In this document: positions 8,804 to 17,854 of the stretch, one piece after another
Layout: every line of letters starts with the position of its first letter
How positions within the stretch are numbered: position 1 is the first letter of the stretch
Origin: Coleofasciculus chthonoplastes F2-STO-03
GTDB taxonomy: Bacteria; Cyanobacteriota; Cyanobacteriia; Cyanobacteriales; Coleofasciculaceae
Direction of reading: 5' to 3'
DNA length: 20,904 nucleotides
NCBI GenBank assembly: GCA_040222015.1
Contig: JAVJWO010000156.1
Location: 1 to 20,904, forward strand
Program-made: the position numbers and the translations under genes
Notes under the pieces: model-generated
What the model was told of the DNA's origin: nothing
The model's input: the letters and a program-made list of their open reading frames with translations, nothing else
The model's database searches: none

Positions 8804-8830
8804 ATCATTAAGCACTTCGCTGAGGCAACA

Positions 8831-8889
8831 GCGGGTTTATTCATATCTCTTGTGAGAGAAAAAACAATAGTAGTCAAACCCGTCCCTAC
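8831..8889. repeat. Degenerate REP-like doublet (GCGGGTTT...AAACCCGTCCCTAC)
   Basis: Same arm family as 7300 and 12031, with a 37-nt spacer that resembles theirs. Confidence 0.75.
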
Positions 8890-8893
8890 AGAC

Positions 8894-8913
8894 AGACGCG
8901 CCATGGCACGTCT
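8894..8913. repeat. Short REP-like palindrome AGACGCGCCATGGCACGTCT
   Basis: 20-bp palindrome with one mismatched pair, immediately after the REP doublet. Confidence 0.7.
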
Positions 8914-8975
8914 GGAACACTTCAAAAATTGCTACCCTGCAAGGAGAGATAATAGCGCCCATAGAGAGGGATACA

Positions 8976-10508
8976 ATGAGGTTTAGAGTCAGATGGAACC
9001 GTACTCGGATTGCCTTAACACTAGGTGCTTTCTGGCTGGCTGTACTGTTTGGCTTACTGCTTTGGCGGACGCCGCATCAGCTTCCGTCTCAGCGTTTCAC
9101 TGAGTCGCCGCCTATCCAATTGACTCAAGGATGGCAATATCGGTGGGGAAATTCTCCCGTCAAAGAGAATGGCGTTCCGGTTTGGACACAGGAGGATGGG
9201 TCTAATTCTGCTTGGCAACCCTTTCAAGTTCCGGGGAAAATTGAAGTTCCAAAAGGAAAAAATATTGCTTGGTTGCGGGTTAAATTACCCCCAGGTCAAT
9301 GGCAATATCCGAGTTTAGACCGACGTGGTATTCCTTATCTAGAAGCCTATTTGGATAGTCAGCTTATCGAAAAATTTGCTGTAGTTAATGGTTCAAATCA
9401 GCTTAAATTACTCAATCCCTATTGGTTCCTTATTCCATTGGACGCCAATTTTGTCGGAAAAACACTTTATTTTAAACTTCATGTAACAAACCAGGAGCAT
9501 ATTCGAGTTGGAACCTATCGCTCAGTCAGCCTAGGTTCTCAACGGACGTTGATGCAAAATTTAGTTCAACAAAATATCAGTAAGTTTGTTTTGGGCTGCT
9601 TTTTTACCCTAATCGGCTTGGTGGCTATTGGCTTGTCTTGGCAGCAAAAGGAATGGAAATCCTACTTTTTATTTGGGATTTTAGCCACGGTCATTGGTGT
9701 ATTTAGCATTTTAGGCAATGAACTCACGTTTCTATTCTTTCCGTTGCCGCGATCGCTAATTATTTATACCTACTTTGCTTCGTTCTATTTAGTGCCTGTG
9801 GTTATCTGTCTATTTTTTGAGCAGATATTTGGGCGAGGCTACAAGGGAATCGTGCGGCGGTTATGGCAAGTTAACTTAGTTTGTGCCATGATTGCCTTTA
9901 CGTTACTCGTCATCCAATTAGAGTATGTCAAACCGATTAATACTTTTCTGCAATTTTCCCTATTAGCAACAATTATTATTATCCTGATCGTTGCTCTGAA
10001 ATTTTCGGTGCGGGGCAATGTCGAGGCAAAGCTATTTACTGCCGGATTTATTATTTTTTGCCTTTTGGGAATTCATGACCTTTTAGTGGGAATTAAAGAC
10101 CTATACAATCAGCAAGAACTTTACCCTTGGGGAATGTTAGTCTTTATCCTCTGTCTGGGATTGATTTTAGAACGTCGGTTTATGGAAGCCCGCGTGCGGC
10201 TGCAAGCGTATTCCCAAGAATTAGAGTCCAAAAATGCGACATTAGAACGCATGGATAAGCTTAAAGATGAGTTTTTAGCCAATACATCCCATGAACTGAG
10301 AACGCCATTAAATGGCATGATTGGCATTGCTGAATCGATGATTGATGGTGCGACAGGTTCCTTGACAGAGGAACAACGAACGAATCTGTCGATGGTGGTA
10401 TCGAGTGGCAATTACCAAACAGTTGGTGGAATTACATGGGGGTCAGATTTGGGTGGAGTCAACATTGGGGGTGGGTTCCCGATTTACATTTACTTTACCG
10501 CTATCTGA
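8976..10508 (+). pseudogene. N-terminal half of a membrane sensor hybrid histidine kinase/adenylate cyclase (extracellular domain + 7TM-DISM-like + HisKA), frame broken at about 10410
   Basis: An N-terminal TM, a beta-rich extracellular domain (QGWQYRWG), about 7 TM helices, a coiled coil and the H-box KDEFLANTSHELRTPLNG. After SMVVSSG the frame gives a non-kinase tail, and the N, G1 and F boxes are absent. Confidence 0.8.
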
Positions 10509-11928
10509 ACCTGTTGAATCATTCGATTCTGATAACTTGACGGCACCTCAACCTGTAGAATCTGCTACTCCAACTCTATGGAAAGGGTTAACCAGGAATG
10601 GAAGTGCAACAGAGGTTAACACAAACCCAATTGTCACCGATGAAATAACCACGACTGCGGCTGAATTTGCGGTAAATCAGAACAAGTTAAAAATTTTAGT
10701 CGTGGATGATGAACATATTAATATTCAGGTTTTGGTGAATCATTTATATTTAGAGAATTATGCGATTACCCAAGCCTCTAATGGGATGGAGGCATTAAAC
10801 ATTATTCAAAGAGGATTTAAACCGGATCTAATTTTACTGGATGTGATGATGCCTCGGATGACAGGGTATGAGGTGTGTCAAAAAATTCGCGAACAGTTCC
10901 CGCCGAATGAACTTCCGGTGGTGCTGCTAACGGCAAAGAATCAAGTCTCGGATTTGGTGGAAGGGTTGGAATCGGGGGCGAATGATTATCTGACGAAACC
11001 GATTTATAAAAAGGAACTATTGGCACGGATTAAAACTCATATCCATTTATCGAAAATTAACTTAGCATATGGTCGTTTTGTGCCGCGTGAGTTTTTGCGA
11101 TTCCTACAAAAAGAAAGCATTTTAGATGTGCAACTGGGTGATCAGGTTCTGGAAAACATGACAGTTTTGTTTTCTGACATTCGCGACTTTACCAGTTTGT
11201 CGGAAAATATGTCACCCAAGGATAATTTTAACTTTATCAACTCCTACCTGAAACGAGTCGGTCCTGTGATCCGCAATCATCAGGGATTTATTGATAAATA
11301 TATTGGGGATGCGGTGATGGCGCTGTTTCCAGAGTCAGCCCAAGCAGCGGTGAGGGCAGCGGTGGAAATGCAACGACAAGTGGTGATTTATAATCAACAT
11401 CGTGGCAGTCTTAGCTATGCCCCGATTGCTATTGGTGTGGGGTTGCATACGGGAACATTAATGTTAGGCACAATTGGCGAAGAACAGCGGATGGAAAGCA
11501 CGGTGATTGCCGATGCGGTGAATTTGGCATCTCGGTTAGAGGGGTTAACTAAGGTTTATGGGGCTGGCATTTTAATCAGTGAACAAACGCTATCTTGTTT
11601 GGAACAACCTGGGGAGTTTCGTTATCGATTTTTAGGGAAAGTGCAGGTGAAAGGGAAAAAGACGGCGGTGGGTTTGTATGAAGTGTACGATGGTGATCCC
11701 CAATCGTTGAGTCAGTTAAAGACTAAAACTCGTGGGGAGTTTGAGCAAGGGGTTTGTCTGTATCATCAGGATCAGTTTGCTGAGGCGCTGGCGATTTTTC
11801 AGTCTATTGTGCAAGTCAGTTCTCGTGATCAAGCGGCTAAATTCTATGTGAAACGTTGCCAGCAAATGCAGATTTATGGCATGTCTCAGGATTGGCAGGA
11901 AATGGAAACATTTAATGATACGTTGTGA
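10405..11928 (+). CDS. C-terminal half: HATPase tail + receiver domain + class III adenylate cyclase + TPR-like tail
   Basis: [28 protein letters not shown] is the end of HATPase_c. The REC domain reads ILVVDD...LLDVMMP...LLTAK...DYLTKP. Cyclase motifs [17 protein letters not shown] and [14 protein letters not shown] are intact, and the Lys/Thr pair indicates ATP specificity. Confidence 0.88.
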   Translation: MAITKQLVELHGGQIWVESTLGVGSRFTFTLPLSEPVESFDSDNLTAPQPVESATPTLWKGLTRNGSATEVNTNPIVTDEITTTAAEFAVNQNKLKILVVDDEHINIQVLVNHLYLENYAITQASNGMEALNIIQRGFKPDLILLDVMMPRMTGYEVCQKIREQFPPNELPVVLLTAKNQVSDLVEGLESGANDYLTKPIYKKELLARIKTHIHLSKINLAYGRFVPREFLRFLQKESILDVQLGDQVLENMTVLFSDIRDFTSLSENMSPKDNFNFINSYLKRVGPVIRNHQGFIDKYIGDAVMALFPESAQAAVRAAVEMQRQVVIYNQHRGSLSYAPIAIGVGLHTGTLMLGTIGEEQRMESTVIADAVNLASRLEGLTKVYGAGILISEQTLSCLEQPGEFRYRFLGKVQVKGKKTAVGLYEVYDGDPQSLSQLKTKTRGEFEQGVCLYHQDQFAEALAIFQSIVQVSSRDQAAKFYVKRCQQMQIYGMSQDWQEMETFNDTL

Positions 11929-12030
11929 AGAAATTAATCAGATATGAGTTAGGATGCTCACATTCTGGTAGAATGACCTATACGCGATCGCACTCCACCA
12001 AAAGACTGACGTTTGCCTTATGGTACATCT

Positions 12031-12096
12031 GTAGGGGCGGGTTTTACTATTATCGTTTCTTCGCCTAACCCCGATGTGACTAAACCCGCCCCCTAC
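12031..12096. repeat. REP-like inverted repeat doublet (GTAGGGGCGGGTTT...AAACCCGCCCCCTAC)
   Basis: Complete GTAG...CTAC ends, 11-bp arms and a 37-nt spacer. Confidence 0.9.
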
Positions 12097-12188
12097 ATCA
12101 TGGCGACTATTCAACTTCCCATTCAAAGCGGGTTAAGCTAGATTCAGTCCTCAATTTGCCCAGGTGTTAGGATTGCGGGAGTCGCTGT

Positions 12189-15100
12189 ATGTCCAGATTG
12201 CTGATAACGCAATATCAAGCAGAAGTTGAAAAAATTATTCGCTACGGGGGTTCTCGTAAGGAAACCAGCATTCGCAATGCCTTTGAGCGTCTGCTGAATG
12301 ACTACTGCAAACCTCACAACTATCTTCTGATCCCTGAACTGGATTTCAAAACCAAGTTCAATACCACCGTTTTCCCCGATGGCACGGTGAAGGATGCCAT
12401 CCGCCTAGATCATGGTTGGTGGGAGAGCAAAGATCAGTACGATAATCTTGATGAAGAAATTGAGAAAAAACTTGAGAAAGGTTATCCCGACGAAAATATC
12501 CTGTTTGAAGACTCCCAAAGTGCTGTCCTGATTCAGCACAGTCGAGAGCAGTTGCGCGTCTCTATGGGAGATGCCGAAGCCTTGGATAGTCTGATTACCA
12601 CTTTTGTGGAGTACGAACGCCCAGAAGTGCGGGACTTTCGCTCTGCTATCAACAAGTTCAAAGAAGACATTCCCCACATTCTGAAAGCTCTGCGGGACAT
12701 TATCACTCAACAGGAAGCCAGCAATAGAGAATTTAGGGAACGCCGCAACGCTTTTCTGCAAGTCTGTCGCCAGTCTATCAACCCCGAAATCGAGATTTCT
12801 GACATCCATGAGATGTTGATTCAGCACATTCTCACGGAGGATATTTTTACCAATATTTTCCATGAGTCACAGTTTCATCGGGAAAACAATATTGCGCGGG
12901 AACTGTCGGAAATTATCAACACGTTTTTCACGGGAGCCACTCGGAGGAATACTCTCAAGAGCATTGAACACTATTATGCGGTGATTCGTCGTAAGTCAGA
13001 AAATATCGCAAACCACCACGAAAAGCAGAAGTTTCTCAAAGCAGTCTACGAGAATTTTTATAAGGCGTATAACCCCAAGGCAGCAGATCGGTTGGGCATT
13101 GTCTACACGCCTAATGAAATTGTCCGCTTTATGATTGAGAGTGCGGACTATCTGGTGCATAAGCACTTTGGCAAATTACTGAGTGATCCGGGGGTGGAGA
13201 TTCTTGACCCTTGTACGGGTACGGGAACCTATGTGACCGAACTGATCGAATATTTGCCGCCCGATAAGCTAGAACATAAATATAAGTACGAAATCCACTG
13301 CAATGAAGTGGCGATTTTGCCTTATTACATTGCCAATTTGAATATTGAATTTACCTATCAGCAAAAGATGGGACAGTATGAAGAGTTTAAGAATGTTTGC
13401 TTGGTGGATACGTTAGAGCATTGCGGTTTTGAATGGAAGCAGCTTGATCTATTTGCTATGAGTGTGCAAAATACAGTACGAATCCAGGATCAAAATAGTC
13501 GTAATATTTCAGTGATTATTGGAAATCCACCTTACAATGCAAACCAAGAAAGTGAGAATGACAATAATAAAAATCGTTATTACAAAGCAGTGGACGAGCA
13601 AATTCGCAAAACTTATGTTGCCGAGAGTAATGCTCAAAAAATGAAAATATACGATCCGTATTCTCGCTTCTTTCGATGGGGAACAAGTCGTTTAGGAAAT
13701 AAGGGAATTATTGCATTTATAACAAACTCATCATTTATTAATGCTAGAGGATTTGACGGTTTTAGGAAGGTTCTGGCACAAGAATTTAGTGACATTTATG
13801 TCATAGATTTAGGTGGTGATGTCAGGAAAAATCCTAAGCTTTCAGGCACGAAACACAATGTTTTTGGAATACAAACAGGTGTAGCAATTGCTTTTTTGGT
13901 AAAGCAACCTAAAGATAGATGCAGTAGCTCCAGAATTTTTTACGCAAGGAGACCAGAATTTGATATTTCTGAGCAAAAGCTTGAATTTCTCTCTCACACA
14001 GATTTTGAGAATATTTATTTTGAGCGCATTTCACCTGATAAGGACAACTATTGGCTAGAACAAGCTGGTAATGAATTTGAGAATCTACTAGAAATCTGTA
14101 GCAAGAAATCCAGAGCAGCGGATGAGGAATTAGATATTGAATCCCTTTTTAAGCTGTACTCGATTGGAATTTCTACAAACCGTGATGAGTGGGTATATGA
14201 CTTCAACCCCAATGCATTAGCCAGTAAATCAAGGTTTTTTATGGAGGAGTATAACAAAGAAGTTGATAGGTGGCATAAATATAAAAAGGAGAAAAAATAC
14301 TTAGATACTAAAGCAGAATCTAATCCTATCTTAGACAACTTTTTGGAGGATAGAAATTTAATAAAATGGAGCAAAATGATAAAGAGAGATAAACTCAGAA
14401 AAGGAAAGAAAGATAAGTTTAATTTTTTGAAAATTACTAGAGCTGCATATCGTCCATATAGTCCTAATTTTTTGTATTTCGACTATATTCCAATAGATAT
14501 ATTTGGCAATCAACGTGAAATTTTTCCAATTAACAAAGTATTAAATCATTTGATCTGTTTGTCTGGTCAATCTTCTTCTAAACCCTTTCAAGTTTTAGCA
14601 ACTGATTATCCGAGTAGTCTCGATTTACTCGAAAAAACTATCTGTCTTCCCCTCTATCGCTACGACGAAAACGGGAACCGCATCGACAACATCACCGACT
14701 GGGGTTTAACCCAATTCCATAAACACTACAACGATACCACCATCACCAAACAAGACATCTTTCACTACACCTACGCCGTTCTCCACCATCCCGCCTACCG
14801 CACCAAATACGAAATCAACCTCAAACGTCAATTTCCCCGCCTACCCTTCTATGTTGACTTCCATCAATGGGCAACCTGGGGCAAAGTTTTAATGAATCTG
14901 CATCTTACCTATGAAACTGCCGAACTTTACGGTTTAACTCGCAACGAAATCGCCACCAAAGCCATCCCCAAAGCCAAACTCAAAGCAGACAAAACCAAGG
15001 GCGTGATCATCCTGGATGAAAATACCCAACTCACAGGTGTTCCCGCTATTGCCTGGGATTATAAACTCGGCAACCGCTCCGCTCTGGAATGGATTCTCGA

Positions 15101-15266
15101 CCAATACAAAGAGAAGAAACCCAGAGATCCTACCATCCGCGAAAAATTCAATACCTACAAGTTTGCCGATTACAAAGAACAGGTGATTGATTTGCTCCAA
15201 CGAGTCTGCACTGTCAGCGTTAGAACAATGGAAATTATCCAACAAATGCCCGAAGATTGCGTCTGA
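12189..15266 (+). CDS. Single-polypeptide restriction-modification enzyme (PD-(D/E)xK nuclease + N6-adenine methyltransferase + type ISP-like C-terminal specificity region, no helicase)
   Basis: N-terminal PDGT...WESK nuclease motif, GIVYTP, motif I ILDPCTGTG, motif IV IIGNPPY, and type ISP-like C-terminal motifs GI.TNRD.W, YRPY, IFHY.YAVLH...YR.KY, FPRLP and Y.LG.RSALEW. No DEAD/Walker A helicase motifs are seen. Confidence 0.88.
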   Translation: MSRLLITQYQAEVEKIIRYGGSRKETSIRNAFERLLNDYCKPHNYLLIPELDFKTKFNTTVFPDGTVKDAIRLDHGWWESKDQYDNLDEEIEKKLEKGYPDENILFEDSQSAVLIQHSREQLRVSMGDAEALDSLITTFVEYERPEVRDFRSAINKFKEDIPHILKALRDIITQQEASNREFRERRNAFLQVCRQSINPEIEISDIHEMLIQHILTEDIFTNIFHESQFHRENNIARELSEIINTFFTGATRRNTLKSIEHYYAVIRRKSENIANHHEKQKFLKAVYENFYKAYNPKAADRLGIVYTPNEIVRFMIESADYLVHKHFGKLLSDPGVEILDPCTGTGTYVTELIEYLPPDKLEHKYKYEIHCNEVAILPYYIANLNIEFTYQQKMGQYEEFKNVCLVDTLEHCGFEWKQLDLFAMSVQNTVRIQDQNSRNISVIIGNPPYNANQESENDNNKNRYYKAVDEQIRKTYVAESNAQKMKIYDPYSRFFRWGTSRLGNKGIIAFITNSSFINARGFDGFRKVLAQEFSDIYVIDLGGDVRKNPKLSGTKHNVFGIQTGVAIAFLVKQPKDRCSSSRIFYARRPEFDISEQKLEFLSHTDFENIYFERISPDKDNYWLEQAGNEFENLLEICSKKSRAADEELDIESLFKLYSIGISTNRDEWVYDFNPNALASKSRFFMEEYNKEVDRWHKYKKEKKYLDTKAESNPILDNFLEDRNLIKWSKMIKRDKLRKGKKDKFNFLKITRAAYRPYSPNFLYFDYIPIDIFGNQREIFPINKVLNHLICLSGQSSSKPFQVLATDYPSSLDLLEKTICLPLYRYDENGNRIDNITDWGLTQFHKHYNDTTITKQDIFHYTYAVLHHPAYRTKYEINLKRQFPRLPFYVDFHQWATWGKVLMNLHLTYETAELYGLTRNEIATKAIPKAKLKADKTKGVIILDENTQLTGVPAIAWDYKLGNRSALEWILDQYKEKKPRDPTIREKFNTYKFADYKEQVIDLLQRVCTVSVRTMEIIQQMPEDCV

Positions 15267-15449
15267 AACACTCAGCGAATACTGCAATGAAGCAATTATT
15301 CCCACTCTAAATCATTCCCCTAACAGTCATCGGCATCCTGACCTTTATATAATTCGCGATCGCTCTTACTAAATTCTGTGCTATTCATTCCATCGGGGAT
15401 TGAATACCGATAGAACGTTGATTAAATAATACACCTCCCAGTTAACATC

Positions 15450-15518
15450 GGTGGGTTAGTTTGGATTGTTCATTAAATGGTTATCGCTTCCGTTGAAATC
15501 CCGCCTAACCCACCCTAC
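15450..15518. repeat. REP-like doublet variant (GGTGGGTTAG...CTAACCCACCCTAC)
   Basis: Perfect 10-bp arms at 15450-15459 and 15505-15514, ending in CTAC. Confidence 0.7.
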
Positions 15519-15542
15519 GTTACGACGTTACTTGTGTTCTGG

Positions 15543-15645
15543 TAAACTGTTCGGCATTTAAACCTTAATGTTAACAATGGTGAAATCCTTGTAATGCGAG
15601 CATCTTGCTCGCTACTAATACCCAATTTAAATGCATGACAGCTTA
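15543..15645. mobile_element. MITE-like element of about 103 bp with about 20-bp TIRs and an internal REP-type hairpin
   Basis: Left end TAAACTGTTCGGCATTTAAA and right end TTTAAATGCATGACAGCTTA are imperfect inverted repeats. An internal hairpin GCGAGCATCTTGCTCGC is followed by TAC. A second copy lies at 19406. Confidence 0.75.
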
Positions 15646-15748
15646 TGGTAATTTTTACGCGATCGCACTTGACACACCTCATCCTCCACACGCTTCCTAA
15701 CCCCCAAAGAGCGCTACACTAGAAAACGCTGCCTCACATTCGAGACTT

Positions 15749-17812
15749 ATGCCATCTTCTCACCAACCTCTGACCTACCCCACCACCCGCCAAGCTGACC
15801 AAGTAGACGACTATCATGGCACGAAAGTCGCTGACCCCTATCGCTGGTTAGAAGATCCCGACTCCGAAGAAACCAAAGCCTGGGTAGAAGCGCAAAATAA
15901 AGTCACCTTCGGCTATCTCGAAGACATCCCCCAACGGGAATCCCTGAAGCAGCGGATCACCCAACTCTGGAATTACGAAAAATATGGCATTCCCTATAAA
16001 GAAGGGAACCGCTACTTCTATTTCAAAAATGATGGACTTCAGAACCAAAGCGTTCTCTACACCTTAACCTCTCTCGATGGAGAACCCAGAGTCCTGATTG
16101 ACCCCAATACCCTCTCCGAAGACGGGACTATCGCCCTATCGGGTGCCGCTATGAGTGATGATGGGAACCGCATGGCGTATGGTTTATCCACCTCCGGTTC
16201 CGATTGGCAAGAATGGAAAGTGCGGGATGTAGAAACCGGAGAAGATTTATCCGATCATCTCCAATGGGTGAAGTTTTCCGGTGCATCCTGGACAACGGAT
16301 AATCAAGGGTTTTTCTATAGCCGTTATGACGAACCCAATGATGCCACAAAATTAGAAGATGCTAATTATTATCACAAACTCTATTATCACAAACTCGGCA
16401 CAGACCAATCTGATGATTTGCTAATTTATCATCGTCCTGACCAGAAAGAATGGATGTTTAATGGGTCGGTGACAGAAGATGGGCATTATCTGATTATTTA
16501 TGTCAGTCAAGGAACTGATCCGAAGAATCTGGTTTTCTACAAAGACTTACAAACTCCCGATTCTCCTATTGTCGAATTGATTTCGGAGTTTGAAGCAAAT
16601 TTCAGTCTAATTGATAACGACGGGTCAATCTTCTGGGTTCAAACTGACTTAGACGCCCCACGAAGTCGGGTGATTACCATTGATATTCATAACCCAGGGC
16701 GGGAGAACTGGCAAGAACTGATTTCCCAAGCTGAAGAAACATTAGAAGATGTCGGTGTTCTGAATAACCAGTTTGTCGCCGATTACCTCAAAGATGCCCG
16801 TTCTTCGATTAAGATTTTTGACCTCAATGGTGCCTTCGTCCGGGAGGTGGAATTACCAGGAATTGGTTCAGCCGGGGGATTCGGCGGGAAGCGGTATGAT
16901 ACGGAAACCTTCTATGTGTTTACCAGTTTCACCACCCCAGCCACGATTTACCGCTACGATATGGTAACCGGGGAACGTTCTCTATTTCGTCAACCGACTG
17001 TAGACTTTGATCCGACTCAATACGAAACGCGGCAAGTGTTTTACCGGAGTAAAGATGGGACACAAGTGCCGATGTTTATTACCCACAAAAAGGGATTAAC
17101 ATTAGATGGCAATAATCCCACCTATCTCTATGGTTACGGCGGGTTTAATGTCTCCCTAACTCCCAGCTTTTCAATTAGTAATCTGGTGTGGATGGAGATG
17201 GGAGGCGTGTATGCGATTCCGAATCTCCGAGGCGGTGGAGAGTATGGCGAAGATTGGCATCAAGCAGGAACAAAGCTGAATAAGCAAAATGTGTTTGATG
17301 ATTTTATTGCCGCAGCGGAATGGTTAATTGAGAATCACTATACTCGTCCGCAAAAACTTGCAATTGGTGGGGGAAGTAATGGCGGTTTATTAGTTGGGGC
17401 TTGTATGACTCAGCGCCCAGATTTATTCCGTGCTGCACTTCCTTCAGTTGGGGTTCTGGATATGCTGCGCTTCCATAAGTTTACGATTGGTTGGGCGTGG
17501 TGTTCTGATTATGGTTCACCGGAAAATCTAGAGGAATTTAAAGCACTTTATGCCTATTCTCCCTTACATAATCTTAAGCTAGGAACGGCTTATCCAGGCA
17601 CATTAATTACGACAGCAGATCACGATGACCGCGTGGTTCCAGCCCATAGTTTCAAGTTTGCAGCAGCGTTACAATCCGCACATTCTGGAGAGAATCCGGT
17701 GTTAATTCGCATTGAAACCAAGGCAGGTCATGGTGCAGGAAAACCAACGGCTAAGATTATTGAAGAGATTGCCGATAAGTGGGCATTTTTGCAGCGAGTC
17801 ATGGATTTTTAG
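15749..17812 (+). CDS. Prolyl oligopeptidase (S9A serine peptidase)
   Basis: V.DPYRWLED, beta-propeller region, LYGYGGF, NLRGGGEYG, catalytic Ser in GGSNGG, Asp in DHDDRV and His in KAGHG. Confidence 0.96.
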   Translation: MPSSHQPLTYPTTRQADQVDDYHGTKVADPYRWLEDPDSEETKAWVEAQNKVTFGYLEDIPQRESLKQRITQLWNYEKYGIPYKEGNRYFYFKNDGLQNQSVLYTLTSLDGEPRVLIDPNTLSEDGTIALSGAAMSDDGNRMAYGLSTSGSDWQEWKVRDVETGEDLSDHLQWVKFSGASWTTDNQGFFYSRYDEPNDATKLEDANYYHKLYYHKLGTDQSDDLLIYHRPDQKEWMFNGSVTEDGHYLIIYVSQGTDPKNLVFYKDLQTPDSPIVELISEFEANFSLIDNDGSIFWVQTDLDAPRSRVITIDIHNPGRENWQELISQAEETLEDVGVLNNQFVADYLKDARSSIKIFDLNGAFVREVELPGIGSAGGFGGKRYDTETFYVFTSFTTPATIYRYDMVTGERSLFRQPTVDFDPTQYETRQVFYRSKDGTQVPMFITHKKGLTLDGNNPTYLYGYGGFNVSLTPSFSISNLVWMEMGGVYAIPNLRGGGEYGEDWHQAGTKLNKQNVFDDFIAAAEWLIENHYTRPQKLAIGGGSNGGLLVGACMTQRPDLFRAALPSVGVLDMLRFHKFTIGWAWCSDYGSPENLEEFKALYAYSPLHNLKLGTAYPGTLITTADHDDRVVPAHSFKFAAALQSAHSGENPVLIRIETKAGHGAGKPTAKIIEEIADKWAFLQRVMDF

Positions 17813-17816
17813 TCTC

Positions 17817-17854
17817 GAATGACGAATGACAAAGGACTAATGACCAATGACTAA
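17817..17854. repeat. STRR-type heptamer repeat (AATGAC-based) between convergent genes
   Basis: gaatgac gaatgac aaaggac taatgac caatgac, the reverse-complement family of the 4577 repeat. Confidence 0.8.

Noticed and set aside
10399..10420. Programmed ribosomal frameshift joining the kinase and cyclase ORFs
   Set aside because: There is no slippery sequence, and joining the frames would still leave the N, G1, F and G2 boxes missing. A deletion explains the junction better.
7300..12096. Repeats with 35-37-nt spacers as a possible CRISPR array
   Set aside because: The arms are inverted rather than direct, the copies are kilobases apart, the spacers are homologous to each other, and no cas genes are present.
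11938..12126. 62-aa minus-strand ORF in the cyclase-RM intergenic region
   Set aside because: It is translated through the REP doublet and a HIP1 site and is explained by the repeats.
15672..15692. CA-rich ACACACCTCATCCTCCACAC as a Yfr1-like sRNA motif
   Set aside because: It does not match ACTCCTCACAC exactly and lacks the two flanking hairpins.
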